A stretch of DNA of 64,000 nucleotides. Origin: Kiritimatiellia bacterium. GTDB taxonomy: Bacteria > Verrucomicrobiota > Kiritimatiellia > RFP12 > UBA1067. Each line of letters starts with the position of its first letter. The stretch's first letter is position 1. Positions 38,164-48,865 of this stretch are shown in pieces. Position numbers and translations under genes: made by a program. Under the pieces are notes generated by a model. The model was not told the origin of the DNA, searched no databases, and saw only the letters and a program-made list of their open reading frames with translations. The stretch spans positions 490 to 64,489 of the forward strand of contig JAFQYM010000013.1 in assembly GCA_017406465.1 (NCBI GenBank). Direction: 5' to 3'.

Positions 38164-40214
38164 CGGCGCAAGAACGGAGACTAAGACATCTTATGGTTAA
38201 AAACGGCATCAAAGGTAAGGTAGAGTACCGCAAGGAGTTCTTCGACAGGGACTACTCGATGCGCGAGGCGTATGCCCGCGTGTGGAAATACGCGAGGAAA
38301 TACAAGCTGCGCCTCGCGATAGGCGTTGTATGCGGAATGGCGACGGCCGGAACTCTTGTCCCGTTTTTCCAGATTGTGCAGCCCGCTCTCCAGCACGTCG
38401 AATCCCATGACGCTTCGGCAGAGATGGCTTCGCGTGAAGAGCCGCTGACCCAGGCCGTCTCGCCGGCGGAGGATGCGCATGTCCGCGCCAGTTCGGACGC
38501 GAAAGCCGGGCGCAGGGCAAAGAACGCCTTTGAGAAGGAGATAGCAAAGAACTCCAAGCTCCCGGGATGGTATCCGAAGGTCGAGAAATGGGCTGCAAAG
38601 CTCGGCATACGGCTCCAGGACGAGAAGGGGGGCATGGGTGGAGCCTTGGTCCTCATTGTCTGCTTTATTGTGCCGATCGTCGCGCTCCTGCGCCTTGGGT
38701 TGATGTACCTCAACCACTATTGCCTAAGCTGGTCCGGAGCGCATGCAGTCACCGACTTGAGGCAGGAAATGCTCGAGCATGTGCAGAAGCAGAACATGCA
38801 GTTCTTCGGGCGCGTGGACATGGGGCAGGTCTTGTCTCGCATCTACGGCGATCCTCACCAGATACAGATAATCCTGTCCACGATCCTTTCTGAGGTTGCG
38901 CTCGCGCCGTTTGAGATATTCGTTGCGATCGGCTTCATCGTCTGGTTCGCGGCTTCCAATCACATGCTTCCGACCCTCTGCCTCATCTTAATCGGGTTCC
39001 CGCTTTTCGTCCTCCCAGTTCAGATGCTCGGGCGAAAGATCAAGAAATGGGCAAGAAAGACGCTCGAGCGCGCGTCGATGATAGGCGCAAAGATACATGA
39101 GATACTCACGTGCATCCGCGTCGTAAAGAGCTACCACACCGAGGAGCACGAGAACGTCCAGTTTGCCAAGACGAACCGCTATATGCTAAAGTCGACGATG
39201 CGCGCGCTGCGCCTCGGGCTCATGGTCGGCCCGACGGTCGAGACTATAGGCATACTGCTCATCTGCGCCTTTGTCGTGTGGTGTTTCCTCACGGGCGTCA
39301 AGATGTCCGACGTGGTTCCGATGCTCGCTCCGCTGCTCATCATATATAAGCCCGTGAAGCAGCTCTCGAAGCTGCAGGTGCAGATCGAGAACTCCCTTGC
39401 CGCCCTGAGCCGAATTTACTCCCTGCTCGACCTGCACATGGAGTTGCCCGAGGCCCCGAACCCCGTGCGCAAGTCGTCGTTCGACGACAAAATCGTTTTC
39501 GACGACGTTTCCTTCCGCTACGACACTGCAGACCGTGACGCCGTCTCGCACGTCTCGTTCGAGGTGCCGCGCGGCAAGATGGTCGCAGTCGTCGGAGGGA
39601 CGGGCTCTGGAAAGTCGACGATGAGCGGGCTTCTTGCACGTTTCTACGATCCGCAGACGGGGCGCGTGTCGATCGACGGAACGGATCTCCGCGAAGTCGA
39701 CATCGGCGACCTGCGCAATCTTGTCGGCGCCGTCATGCAGGAGACGCTTCTTTTCAACGACACGATCGAGAACAACATCCGCTACGGTTCGTTCAATGCA
39801 ACACACGAGCAGGTCGTTGCGGCTGCCAAGCTCGCAAACGCCCATGACTTCATAGTTTCCCAGCCAGACGGGTACGACCGCGTTGTAGGCGAAAAGGGCT
39901 TCGCGCTCTCCGGCGGCGAGCGGCAGCGCATAGCCATAGCGCGGGCGATACTCAAGAACCCGCCGATCCTCATTCTCGACGAAGCGACGAGCGCGCTCGA
40001 CACCGTCACAGAACGGCTCGTCCAGGACGCGCTCGAGAAACTCATGGCGAACCGTACGACGTTTGCAATTGCGCATCGGCTTTCCACGATACGCAATGCA
40101 GACCTCATCCTCGTCATGGACAACGGCAGGATCGTGGAGCGCGGCACGCATGACGAGCTCTATGCGAAGGACGGCGTCTACAGCAAGCTCTGCGAAATGC
40201 AGCAGATGTCCTGA
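38148..40214 (+). CDS. msbA: MsbA-like ABC exporter (lipid A/LOS flippase)
   Basis: TM domain plus NBD: GGTGSGKST, LSGGERQRIAIARA, ILILDEATSALD, IAHRLST; located in an LPS cluster. Confidence 0.82.
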   Translation: MGRVLTAQERRLRHLMVKNGIKGKVEYRKEFFDRDYSMREAYARVWKYARKYKLRLAIGVVCGMATAGTLVPFFQIVQPALQHVESHDASAEMASREEPLTQAVSPAEDAHVRASSDAKAGRRAKNAFEKEIAKNSKLPGWYPKVEKWAAKLGIRLQDEKGGMGGALVLIVCFIVPIVALLRLGLMYLNHYCLSWSGAHAVTDLRQEMLEHVQKQNMQFFGRVDMGQVLSRIYGDPHQIQIILSTILSEVALAPFEIFVAIGFIVWFAASNHMLPTLCLILIGFPLFVLPVQMLGRKIKKWARKTLERASMIGAKIHEILTCIRVVKSYHTEEHENVQFAKTNRYMLKSTMRALRLGLMVGPTVETIGILLICAFVVWCFLTGVKMSDVVPMLAPLLIIYKPVKQLSKLQVQIENSLAALSRIYSLLDLHMELPEAPNPVRKSSFDDKIVFDDVSFRYDTADRDAVSHVSFEVPRGKMVAVVGGTGSGKSTMSGLLARFYDPQTGRVSIDGTDLREVDIGDLRNLVGAVMQETLLFNDTIENNIRYGSFNATHEQVVAAAKLANAHDFIVSQPDGYDRVVGEKGFALSGGERQRIAIARAILKNPPILILDEATSALDTVTERLVQDALEKLMANRTTFAIAHRLSTIRNADLILVMDNGRIVERGTHDELYAKDGVYSKLCEMQQMS

Positions 40215-40225
40215 ACGGTCGCGAA

Positions 40226-41383
40226 ATGAAAACTGCCCTGTACACCATCTTCCGATGCACGAACTACGGCGCGGTGCTTCAGGCCTTCGCGCTTGCCCGG
40301 ACGTTGCGCGGCATGCTTGGCGAAGATGCGGTGGACGTGATCAACCACAGGATGGATCCGCGCGACACGCACCTCCTCGGGAAGATATCGAATCCCGCGA
40401 CTCCGTGGTTCCAGCGCTGGATCAACCGGTGCAAGTTTGCCGCGCGCTACTTTAGGCCAGACCTTTTCGAGCTGCGGCGCGCCATGACTGTGCGGCTTAT
40501 AGAGGAGTGCATCAGGCCGACGTCGCGTATCCTTGCGCACCCGAGGGAGCTTGCGTCGCTACCGCAGTATTCTACCGTGGTGGTGGGCAGCGACCAGGTC
40601 TGGAACCCTGGGCTCAACGCCGACTTCGGACGAAACCAGTACCTCGCGACTGATCTGCGCGACGGACAGGATCGCGTCGCATACGCCGCGTCGTTCGGCG
40701 TCTCGGAACTCCCCGAGGCCTGCCGCGGCGAATATGCCGCAGCGCTTCGGCGATTCCGCCGAATAACCGTGCGCGAGGAGACGGGCGCCGCGATATGCGA
40801 GTCGCTCACGGGGAGACGCCCGCCTGTCGTTCTCGATCCCACTATGTTGCTGACGGCAGAAGAATGGCACGATGCCGTTGTGCGCGGCGCATCTGCCGCG
40901 AAAGGACCGCATGTCGCCGCGTACTGGGTGCGCACGGTATCGCAGGCCGATGTAGACGCCCTTGCCGCGTTTTCCCGTATGCGTGGCGTTCCCGTTCGGT
41001 TGATGAGCGCAGGTCCGCTGCCGAAGCTTGCTTTCCCGAATGAAGTCGTTCCGTTCGTCGACGCCGATCCTTTTGCCTTTGTCCGCGAAATCGCCGATTC
41101 CGACGCAGTGGTGACGGATTCCTTCCATGGGCTCCAGTTTGCAGCGATTTTCCGTCGCCCATTTGCTGCGCTCGGCGACATGTCCGACCCGAAGTCCAAC
41201 GCCTCCCGCCTTGTAGACTTCTGTCGCCGATATGGTCTTGGAGGACGTGTCCAGGATATTGGTAGCTTTAGAAATGGCGAAGCGCCACATGTAGATGTCG
41301 GCGAACTCGACGCGCAGGCATTGGAGGCCGACCGCGTTCGCTCGCTTGGCGAACTGCGTGCGTTGTTGCCGAGCCCGCCGTAA
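40226..41383 (+). CDS. Polysaccharide pyruvyl transferase family protein
   Basis: NYGAVLQAFAL, VVGSDQVWNP, YAASFG, TVREETG, LDPTMLL, VVTDSFHG. Confidence 0.9.
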   Translation: MKTALYTIFRCTNYGAVLQAFALARTLRGMLGEDAVDVINHRMDPRDTHLLGKISNPATPWFQRWINRCKFAARYFRPDLFELRRAMTVRLIEECIRPTSRILAHPRELASLPQYSTVVVGSDQVWNPGLNADFGRNQYLATDLRDGQDRVAYAASFGVSELPEACRGEYAAALRRFRRITVREETGAAICESLTGRRPPVVLDPTMLLTAEEWHDAVVRGASAAKGPHVAAYWVRTVSQADVDALAAFSRMRGVPVRLMSAGPLPKLAFPNEVVPFVDADPFAFVREIADSDAVVTDSFHGLQFAAIFRRPFAALGDMSDPKSNASRLVDFCRRYGLGGRVQDIGSFRNGEAPHVDVGELDAQALEADRVRSLGELRALLPSPP

Positions 41384-41456
41384 GGGGATGGTGGCCTTCG
41401 CGCGAAGGTTGGCGAGAGGTTGCATGCATATTGGCCCCTTGTCCGCGTCGGAAATA

Positions 41457-41465
41457 TGGTATAAT
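41457..41465 (+). promoter_or_regulatory. Extended -10 promoter; probable leaderless rsfS mRNA
   Basis: TGGTATAAT ends 7 nt before ATG 41473; no SD. Confidence 0.6.
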
Positions 41466-41472
41466 GTGCGTC

Positions 41473-41790
41473 ATGGAAGCAGAAGAGGAAGCAAAGGTAA
41501 TCGCGAAGGCGCTCGAGGAGTCGAAGGCCGAGGACGTCAGGATATACGACGTTCGCGGCAAGAGTTCGCTCACGGACTTCTTCGTCGTCGGCACTGGTTC
41601 CGCGGCGCCACACCTGAAGGCGCTCGTCGCAAATGCACAGCAGGCGATGCGCGAGGCGGGCGTCAAGCGCAACCGCATGGCGGGCGACCCCGAATGCGGC
41701 TGGATCGTCGCAGACTTCATCGACGTCGTGGTGCATGTCTTCTCCCGCGAGGCGAGGGCGTACTACGCGATAGAAAAACTCTGGAACTGA
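41473..41790 (+). CDS. rsfS: Ribosome silencing factor RsfS (Iojap)
   Basis: KAEDV...DV...SSLTDFFVV.TG, WIVADFIDVVVHVF...R.YYAIEKLW. Confidence 0.93.
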   Translation: MEAEEEAKVIAKALEESKAEDVRIYDVRGKSSLTDFFVVGTGSAAPHLKALVANAQQAMREAGVKRNRMAGDPECGWIVADFIDVVVHVFSREARAYYAIEKLWN

Positions 41791-41879
41791 CATTTTAAAC
41801 AATCCGCTCTACCCCCCTTGCGCGGCAGACGGAAAATATAGTATAATAACGACATCAACAACAAAGGAGTTGAAACACT

Positions 41880-42146
41880 ATGGCAGGAAAGCTTGAAGAA
41901 CGCGTGAAGGACATCATCGTTGAGCAGCTCGGCGTCAACGCCGAACAGGTTACGCCGGAGGCGTCGTTTATCGACGACCTTGGCGCGGACTCGCTTGATT
42001 CGGTCGAGCTCATCATGGCGTTTGAGGAGGAGTTTGGCGCGGCGATCCCCGAAGAGGACGCTGAAAGCCTCACCACCGTCGGCAAGGTCGTCGACTATCT
42101 CAAGTCGAAGGGCTACGGCGACGACGGCTCCGCTCCCGCGCAGTAA
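41880..42146 (+). CDS. acpP: Acyl carrier protein
   Basis: [10 protein letters not shown]...[20 protein letters not shown]; AAGGAG SD; TATAAT at 41842. Confidence 0.97.
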   Translation: MAGKLEERVKDIIVEQLGVNAEQVTPEASFIDDLGADSLDSVELIMAFEEEFGAAIPEEDAESLTTVGKVVDYLKSKGYGDDGSAPAQ

Positions 42147-42172
42147 CGCGCTTTTCCGGCGCAGGGAACAAT

Positions 42173-42209
42173 CGGACGCGGGACATGGTTCCCGCGCCCG
42201 TTCCTTTTT
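42173..42209 (+). terminator. Rho-independent terminator after acpP
   Basis: CGGACGCGGGA-catggt-TCCCGCGCCCG followed by TTCCTTTTT; overlaps the next promoter TGGTATAAT (42209-42217). Confidence 0.7.
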
Positions 42210-42228
42210 GGTATAATATGCGCCCAAC

Positions 42229-43515
42229 ATGAACAAGCTGGCGCTTCAGTTAAACAAGACGCTCGGCCCGGCGGCCGAATTCCTTTCTCCTGCCGGACGG
42301 CGCATGTATTTTCCGTATGGCGGGATACTTGGCCAGGGAGCCGAGGCGAAGTCCTGCGAAATCAACGCAACGGTCGGCATGGCCTTCGAGGAGGACGGCT
42401 CTCCGCTCGTGATGGACTGCTTCAAAAAGGCGGTCACGCTCGACAAGCGCGCGTTCCTCTATGCCGGGAGCTTCGGCCTTCCAAAGCTTCGCGAGATGTG
42501 GCGCGCGATGGAATTCTCCAAGAACCCTTCGCTCAATGGCAAGACGTTCTCCAATCCCGTCGTCACGAACGCGCTCACGCATGGCATCCGCATCTGCGCG
42601 GAGCTCTTCGCTGGCCCGCGCGACACGCTTGTCTGCCCCGATCTCTACTGGGACAACTACGAACTCATCTTTCAGGAGGCGGTCGGCTGCAGGGTCGTCC
42701 ACTTCAACACCTTCCTCCGCGGCGCATTCGACGCGGAGGCGATGAAGAAGGCGCTCCTTGCGCCCGGCGCGAAGAAGATCCTCATCCTCAACTTCCCGAA
42801 CAACCCGACCGGCTACACGGCGACGCTCGCCGACGCGAAGAAGATCGTCTCCGCTGTCAAGTCTGCCGCCGCCAAGGGCAAGAAGATAGTAGTCCTCTGC
42901 GACGACGCATACTTCGGGCTCGTCTACGAGAAGGGCATTCACGGCGAATCGCTTTTCGCGGAATTCTCCGATCTCCACCGCAATGTCCTCGCCGTCAAGC
43001 TCGACGGCACGACGAAGGAGGACTATGTGTGGGGCCTTCGCGTCGGCTTCGTCACTTTTGCGTTCAAGGGCGCGACGGCCGACCAGCTCAAGGCACTCGA
43101 GGCGAAGGCCGCGGGCGATGTCCGCTCGGGAATCTCCAACGTGACGTCCATTGGCCAGCATCTCGCACTCCGTGCGTTCGAGGACCCGGGCTATGCCGCG
43201 CAGAAGCGCGAGAAGTTTGCCGTTCTCAAGAAGCGCTACAACCAGATACGCGTCATCCTCAAGGCGCATCCGGAATACGCGAAGCGCTTCGAGGTGATGC
43301 CGTTCAACTCCGGCTACTTCATGTGCGTGAAGCCAATCGGCGTCGACGCCGAGAAGGTGCGCCGCCATCTCATCGCGAAGTATTCCGTCGGCACCATCGT
43401 CCTCTCCGGTCTCATCCGCATAGCGTTCTCGACCGTCCCCTCCGCGAAGCTCGACAAGCTCTTCGCTTCGGTGGCGTCCGCCATCGCCGATTTGTCGTCC
43501 AACAACTCCAAGTAA
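42229..43515 (+). CDS. PLP-dependent aminotransferase class I/II
   Basis: NATVG, LNFPNNPTGY, DDAY, KLDGTTKEDYVWGLRVGF. Confidence 0.9.
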   Translation: MNKLALQLNKTLGPAAEFLSPAGRRMYFPYGGILGQGAEAKSCEINATVGMAFEEDGSPLVMDCFKKAVTLDKRAFLYAGSFGLPKLREMWRAMEFSKNPSLNGKTFSNPVVTNALTHGIRICAELFAGPRDTLVCPDLYWDNYELIFQEAVGCRVVHFNTFLRGAFDAEAMKKALLAPGAKKILILNFPNNPTGYTATLADAKKIVSAVKSAAAKGKKIVVLCDDAYFGLVYEKGIHGESLFAEFSDLHRNVLAVKLDGTTKEDYVWGLRVGFVTFAFKGATADQLKALEAKAAGDVRSGISNVTSIGQHLALRAFEDPGYAAQKREKFAVLKKRYNQIRVILKAHPEYAKRFEVMPFNSGYFMCVKPIGVDAEKVRRHLIAKYSVGTIVLSGLIRIAFSTVPSAKLDKLFASVASAIADLSSNNSK

Positions 43516-43522
43516 AGGAACC

Positions 43523-44998
43523 ATGCCCATGAAAAAGCTCATAGCAGCCGCACTCGTCGCAGTCTCGCTCTCCGCTTTCGCCGCTTGGGAGCGCATAGGG
43601 GCGCTTCAGGTCGCCGATGTCACCGCCCAGGGGGCGGCCATCGCGAAGATCGGGATCTTCATGGGCAATCCGCTTGCCGCCGCCGGCATGGCCGCCATGG
43701 TCGCGGACACGCCTACGCTCAAGTTCTTTGGCCCGGCACGCGACAAGACCCCTATGGCCTATGTCGTGTTCCTTGACGGCGAGGCGTTCACGAAGGATTC
43801 GAAAGATGCGCTCGACACTCTCGAGTTCGCGGTCCTCTATCCTGTTTCCGTCTCCAAGGAGGAATTCCTCAAGCGGCACAAGGGCTCGTCCGAGACGAAC
43901 GGCGTTGTCGTTGTGAAGGGCGACATGTTCGACGAGGACGATTCCGACGAGACGACATACGTCGTGTTCTCCGAGGACGGCAAATGGGTTGGCGCGAGCG
44001 ACAAGGTAGACCAGGCGAAGCTTGCGCTTGCCGAGATCCCTGCCACGGTGAAGTCGATGAACGGCGACGTCGTGCGCCTCAGGGTCGACGAGAAGGCGTT
44101 CAAGGCCATTCAGGCGGCCGCGAAGGCAGACAAGGACGCCGATCCGGACTTGGTGGAGACGCTCGGCTACTCGAAGGCGCTGTCGATCGGGATAAAGGTT
44201 TCCGATCTCGGAATCGACATCCGCGGGACGATGCAGTTCGACAAGGACAGCGAAGGCGACAAGTGCGGTCTCAAGCCGCTTGGGCAGAGTCCGTTCGCGT
44301 CTGCCGGCAAGGACGCCATCTATGCCGACGTCCAGGCGGAAGACGCGGGAAGCTCTGGCCAGCTCTCCGAGGCGAAGTGGGCTGAATTAATCGTCCTTCT
44401 GAAGAAGCACGGGCTCGACATCGTGAAGTTTGCCACGCTCACGAGGTCCGAGAAGGGGGACCTCAAGATGGTGCTTGATGCCAAGGCGATATGCAAGGCG
44501 GCGGGCGACAAGGGCGCTTTTGAAAAGTTCGACATGGAGAAGTTCCTCGAAGACACGAAGGGTCTCAAGGCAAAGAACCGGTTCTCCGCCAAGTCGCCGG
44601 CCTATGCGCTTTCGATGTCCATAAAGGGCTTCACGCCCCAGTGGCCGATTGCCGAGCGCTTTGCCGCCACGCTTCCCGAGGCGGCATCGAAGAAGCCGTA
44701 CGCCGTTGCCTTCTTCTCTCTGTCGTCCACCCTGAAGGCCGTCGCCGGAGAGTCGTTTGCAGCCATGCCCGAAGAGCAGCGCGCGATGATGAAACCCGTT
44801 CTAGACCAGTTGGCGACGGAGACGAAGGGCGGGTGCGCTTCCATGCTGTGGCGTCAGGACGATATCCACCGAATGTTCTTCCGAATTTCCGCTGACGAGT
44901 GCAAATGCCTCGGCGGCATCGCCATGTCGGCCATGATGTTCGGCATGGAGGGTGACTCGTGCGACGATGAAGACGACGATGAGGAAGATGACAACTGA
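43523..44998 (+). CDS. Hypothetical secreted protein with acidic C-tail
   Basis: Signal peptide MKKLIAAALVAVSLSAFA; strong codon bias; no family recognised. Confidence 0.75.
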   Translation: MPMKKLIAAALVAVSLSAFAAWERIGALQVADVTAQGAAIAKIGIFMGNPLAAAGMAAMVADTPTLKFFGPARDKTPMAYVVFLDGEAFTKDSKDALDTLEFAVLYPVSVSKEEFLKRHKGSSETNGVVVVKGDMFDEDDSDETTYVVFSEDGKWVGASDKVDQAKLALAEIPATVKSMNGDVVRLRVDEKAFKAIQAAAKADKDADPDLVETLGYSKALSIGIKVSDLGIDIRGTMQFDKDSEGDKCGLKPLGQSPFASAGKDAIYADVQAEDAGSSGQLSEAKWAELIVLLKKHGLDIVKFATLTRSEKGDLKMVLDAKAICKAAGDKGAFEKFDMEKFLEDTKGLKAKNRFSAKSPAYALSMSIKGFTPQWPIAERFAATLPEAASKKPYAVAFFSLSSTLKAVAGESFAAMPEEQRAMMKPVLDQLATETKGGCASMLWRQDDIHRMFFRISADECKCLGGIAMSAMMFGMEGDSCDDEDDDEEDDN

Positions 44999-45794
44999 GG
45001 CATACGCGAAGGTCAACCTGACCCTTGAGGTCTTCGGAGTGCGTGGTGACGGCTACCACGCGCTTCGTTCACTTGTTGTCCCAATCTCGCTATCCGACAC
45101 GCTTGAGATAGTGCCTTCGGCGGCTCTTTCGTCCGACACGGGATATGCCGACGACCTTGTCCTAAAGGCCGCGCGAGCCCTCGATCCTTCGCGTGGCGCC
45201 GAGATTCGCGTCACGAAGCGCATCCCCGCGGGAGGGGGTCTTGGCGGAGGAAGCGCAGATGCCGCGGCGACGCTTGTCGCTCTCAACGACTGCTGGGGGC
45301 TCAGGCGCTCGCGCGAGGAGCTTTGCGAAATCGGGGCGCAGGTAGGGAGCGATGTCCCCGCGCTCGTCCTCGGCGGTCCTGTCGTCATGCAGGGACGCGG
45401 CGAGGTTGTCGAGCGCGTCGCCTGTCCGCGGCTCGATCTCGTGCTCGTGAATCCCGGTGTCCACACTTCGACGCGCGAGGTCTATGCGCGTTGCACGTCG
45501 CGCGATCTCGCCGCGCCGTCGGCGACAGAATCGTGTCTTGCGGCGCTTGAGACGGGCGACCTTGGGCGCATTGCCGCTTCTTTTGTGAACGACCTCGCTC
45601 TTCCCGCGTGTCGCCTGCATCCGGAGATTTCCGATGCGCTTGCGTCGCTAAGGACGGCTGGTGTGCTTGGCGCCACAGTGAGCGGCAGCGGCTCGTCGGT
45701 GTTCGGGCTTGTCGAGTCTGCGGCGCGGGCTATGGAAATCGCGGAGTCCCTTGGCAAAAAGGGGCTCTCCGCCTGGGCCGTCCATACGATGTAA
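44988..45794 (+). CDS. ispE: 4-diphosphocytidyl-2-C-methyl-D-erythritol kinase
   Basis: AYAKVNLTL, DGYH.L, KRIPAGGGLGGGSADAA, GSDVP, SGSGSSVFG. Confidence 0.95.
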   Translation: MTTEAYAKVNLTLEVFGVRGDGYHALRSLVVPISLSDTLEIVPSAALSSDTGYADDLVLKAARALDPSRGAEIRVTKRIPAGGGLGGGSADAAATLVALNDCWGLRRSREELCEIGAQVGSDVPALVLGGPVVMQGRGEVVERVACPRLDLVLVNPGVHTSTREVYARCTSRDLAAPSATESCLAALETGDLGRIAASFVNDLALPACRLHPEISDALASLRTAGVLGATVSGSGSSVFGLVESAARAMEIAESLGKKGLSAWAVHTM

Positions 45795-45809
45795 TGAAGC
45801 CCAAAGGGC

Positions 45810-47399
45810 TTATTCTACCGGTCCGTATTCCTTCGCGTTCGTGTACTTGTCGTCGTCGCCGAGCTTTTTCTTTAGCTCGGTGATGCGCTTCTTGAGGAAG
45901 TTGATTCGCTCCTGGTAGGCGGGGTTTGAGTACTCGTTCTTCACTTCGTCGGGATCCTTCACGATGTCGAAGTATTCCCACTCGTTGCGCTTGTAGTAGT
46001 AGACGAGCGCGTCGGTCTTCGTGCGTATGCCATACCACGCACTTGTCGCGTGCTCTCCGCCCTCGACGTAGTAGCGCATGTAGCAGTCCTCGCGCCACGA
46101 ACCTGGCGTATGCCCCCTGAGGTTCCCGAGGAAGCTCTCGCCCTGCATGCGGCCGGGCCTTGGCTCGTCAGCGATGTCGAGGAACGTCGGCGAGAAGTCG
46201 ATGTTCGTCACGATGTCGGAGTTGACGCTCCCCGGCGCGATGATCGCGGGGCAGCGCGCAATGAACGGCATGCGCGCGACCTCGTCCATGATGAAGCGCT
46301 TGTCGTATAGTCCGTGGTCGCCGAGGAAGAACCCTTGGTCTGAAGTGTAGATCACGACGGTGTTGTCGAGAATACCTTTCTTCGCGAGGTAGTCGCACAT
46401 GTCGCCGACGGAATCGTCGACTGCCTGAACGCAGGCGAGGTAGTCCTGCATATAGCGGAGATAGGAAAGGGCGGTCTTTGCGTGGTCGTCCATTCCCTCG
46501 GGCCATGCGTCTATGAACTTGCCAGAGGCGTCCTTAGCGCCTTCGTAGCTACGTCCCTCGAACTCGAACTTGCCGCCGCCGGCGAAGTACTCCGCGAGCT
46601 TCAGGTCTTCCTTGAGGCGCATGTGGTGGAGTAGCGTCATCGCCGTCGTCCTTATTGGCGAAGCGCGTCCTTTCCAGTCGTCGAAGAGAGTGTCGGGCGG
46701 CGGGATGTCCTTTAGTGTGAGATTGCGGAATGTGGCCCTGTACTTGTCGCTTGGCAGCCAGTTGCGGTGGGGCGCCTTGTGGTGCATCATGACGAAGAAG
46801 GGCTTCCCGGTCGCAAGCGCTCCGTCGATCACGCCTTCCGTCACCTTAGTGATGTTCTCCGTGGCGTATTCGCCGCGGTATTCCGTCTTGACGATCTTGC
46901 CGTCCTTCTTCTCCCAGAACCACGGGTCGAAGTAGACGCCCTGGTTAGCGTAGACCATCCAGCGGTCCCAGTCGGCGTCGCGCACTGTCTTTGGGCCACC
47001 GAGGTGCCACTTGCCGATGAAGGCCGAGTAGTAGCCCGCGTCGCGCATGTATCCGCCGATGGTCTTGATGTCGGTAGAGATGTCGTTGAAGACTGGGACG
47101 CCGTTTTTGTGGCTGTATTCGCCAGTAAGGATTCCGGCGCGACTCGGCGTGCAGATCGGGTTTGTGCAGAAGCAGTTCTTCAGCAGCATTCCCTCCCGCG
47201 CGAGCCGGTCGATGTTCGGCGTCTTGTTGATCCGCGACCCGTACGCGCTTATCGCGTGCGCGGCGTGGTCGTCGGTCATGATGTAGAGGATGTTGAGGCG
47301 CTTTTTCTCGGCGGCCGCGAAGAGCCCCGAGCCCCTGCAGGAAATAAGTGCAAGAGCGGCTGTCTTCGTGACAAAGTCGCGACGTGTCGTGTTGTTCAT
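45810..47399 (-). CDS. Tat-exported Cys-type sulfatase (S1)
   Basis: TRRDFV Tat motif; NILYIMTDD, CTPSRAGILTG, GKWHLG, YTSDQGFFLGDHG. Confidence 0.93.
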   Translation of the reverse strand: MNNTTRRDFVTKTAALALISCRGSGLFAAAEKKRLNILYIMTDDHAAHAISAYGSRINKTPNIDRLAREGMLLKNCFCTNPICTPSRAGILTGEYSHKNGVPVFNDISTDIKTIGGYMRDAGYYSAFIGKWHLGGPKTVRDADWDRWMVYANQGVYFDPWFWEKKDGKIVKTEYRGEYATENITKVTEGVIDGALATGKPFFVMMHHKAPHRNWLPSDKYRATFRNLTLKDIPPPDTLFDDWKGRASPIRTTAMTLLHHMRLKEDLKLAEYFAGGGKFEFEGRSYEGAKDASGKFIDAWPEGMDDHAKTALSYLRYMQDYLACVQAVDDSVGDMCDYLAKKGILDNTVVIYTSDQGFFLGDHGLYDKRFIMDEVARMPFIARCPAIIAPGSVNSDIVTNIDFSPTFLDIADEPRPGRMQGESFLGNLRGHTPGSWREDCYMRYYVEGGEHATSAWYGIRTKTDALVYYYKRNEWEYFDIVKDPDEVKNEYSNPAYQERINFLKKRITELKKKLGDDDKYTNAKEYGPVE

Positions 47400-47402
47400 C
47401 TT

Positions 47403-48752
47403 TTAGTTCTTCGGCCAGTACTTGTCGGACATCTTCGAAGGGATGCCGACTTCGCCCTTGTCGAAGCAGTCGGCGAGAATCTTCCAGCCGAGGTCGAGCG
47501 CGTCGATGAGATCGATGTTGACCGAAAGGTCCATCATCTTCTCCTCGAACATCGCGCCGTACTTCAGGAGCTTGTGGTCCCAGTCGGACATCCTGAAGCC
47601 CATCGACTGCTTCTCGAGCGTTTCCTTGTATTGCGCGTAAAGCTTGATCATCGCGTCCATGATCGTGCGATGGTCCTCGCGCGTCTTGTTGATGTTGACC
47701 TTCTTGCCGTCGACGTCCACGAACTTGTCGACGCCCTTGTTCACCTGCTGCTTGAGACGCGAGAGCGAGCCGAACGGCTCGATGCGCCCGTTCCTGAGGT
47801 AGAACTGGCCTTCGGTGATGTAGCCAGTGTTGTCCGGGACCGGGTGCGTCACGTCGTCGCCAGGCATCGTCGTCACGGCGAGAATTGTGATCGAGCCCGC
47901 GCCGTCGAAGTCGACCGCCTTCTCGTAGCGCGCGGCGAGCTGGGAGTAGAGGTCGCCCGGATAGCCGCGGTTCGAGGGGATCTGCTCCATCGTGATCGCG
48001 ATTTCTTTCATTGCGTCGGCGAACGACGTCATGTCGGTGAGGAGTACGAGAACGTCCTTGCCCTGGAGCGCGAACTTTTCGGCGACCGCGAGCGAGACGT
48101 CCGGGACGAGAACGCATTCTACTGTCGGGTCTGCCGCCGTGTGGACGAACATGACCGTCTTCGCAAGTGCACCAGACTCGTCGAGCGTCGAGCGGAACTT
48201 GAGGTACTCGTCGTACTTGAGGCCCATGCCGCCGATGACGATGACGTCGGAGTCTGCCTGAAGTGCGATGCGCGCGAGAAGCTCGTTGTAGGGTTCGCCC
48301 GCCTTCGCGAAGATCGGAAGCTTCTGCGAGATGACGAGCGAGTTGAAGAGGTCGATCATCGGGATGTTCGTCTTCACCATGCGGTTCGGCATGATGCGCT
48401 TCGCCGGGTTGACGGACGGCTGGCCGATGGGGGAGGGGTTCTCGTTGATTGCAGGGCCGCCGTCGCGCGGGATGGCGGCGCCGGTGAACGCGCGGCCGAG
48501 GAGCGACTCGGAGAAGGGCACCTTCATCGTCTCGCCGAGGAAGCGGACTCGCGCGGCGGTGTCGACGCCTCTCGCGCCCGCGAAGATCTGAAGGGTTACG
48601 TTCGGGCCGTCGAGCTTGATGACCTGCGCGAGCGAAGTTCCCGCGCGCGACTCGATTTCGGCAATCTCGTTGTATTTGACGCCTTCGGCGCGGAGCGTAG
48701 CCACGGACCCTGACAGCGCGTCGATCTTATGGTAGACTTTGTTGTTGAACAT
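47403..48752 (-). CDS. V/A-type ATP synthase subunit B
   Basis: [63 protein letters not shown]. Confidence 0.95.
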   Translation of the reverse strand: MFNNKVYHKIDALSGSVATLRAEGVKYNEIAEIESRAGTSLAQVIKLDGPNVTLQIFAGARGVDTAARVRFLGETMKVPFSESLLGRAFTGAAIPRDGGPAINENPSPIGQPSVNPAKRIMPNRMVKTNIPMIDLFNSLVISQKLPIFAKAGEPYNELLARIALQADSDVIVIGGMGLKYDEYLKFRSTLDESGALAKTVMFVHTAADPTVECVLVPDVSLAVAEKFALQGKDVLVLLTDMTSFADAMKEIAITMEQIPSNRGYPGDLYSQLAARYEKAVDFDGAGSITILAVTTMPGDDVTHPVPDNTGYITEGQFYLRNGRIEPFGSLSRLKQQVNKGVDKFVDVDGKKVNINKTREDHRTIMDAMIKLYAQYKETLEKQSMGFRMSDWDHKLLKYGAMFEEKMMDLSVNIDLIDALDLGWKILADCFDKGEVGIPSKMSDKYWPKN

Positions 48753-48776
48753 GGGAACTCCCTAGATTGTCCGCCT

Positions 48777-48785
48777 ATTATACCA
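48777..48785 (-). promoter_or_regulatory. Extended -10 promoter for the V-ATPase B/sulfatase unit
   Basis: ATTATACCA on + is TGGTATAAT on -; GGGAG SD upstream of the start. Confidence 0.65.
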
Positions 48786-48865
48786 TAATTCCCTGCAGAT
48801 GCGGAGTGCCGCGATTTCAACCCTTAGATTTCGCATTTAAGTCGCTTGCGGCGTGGTGCCGTGGC

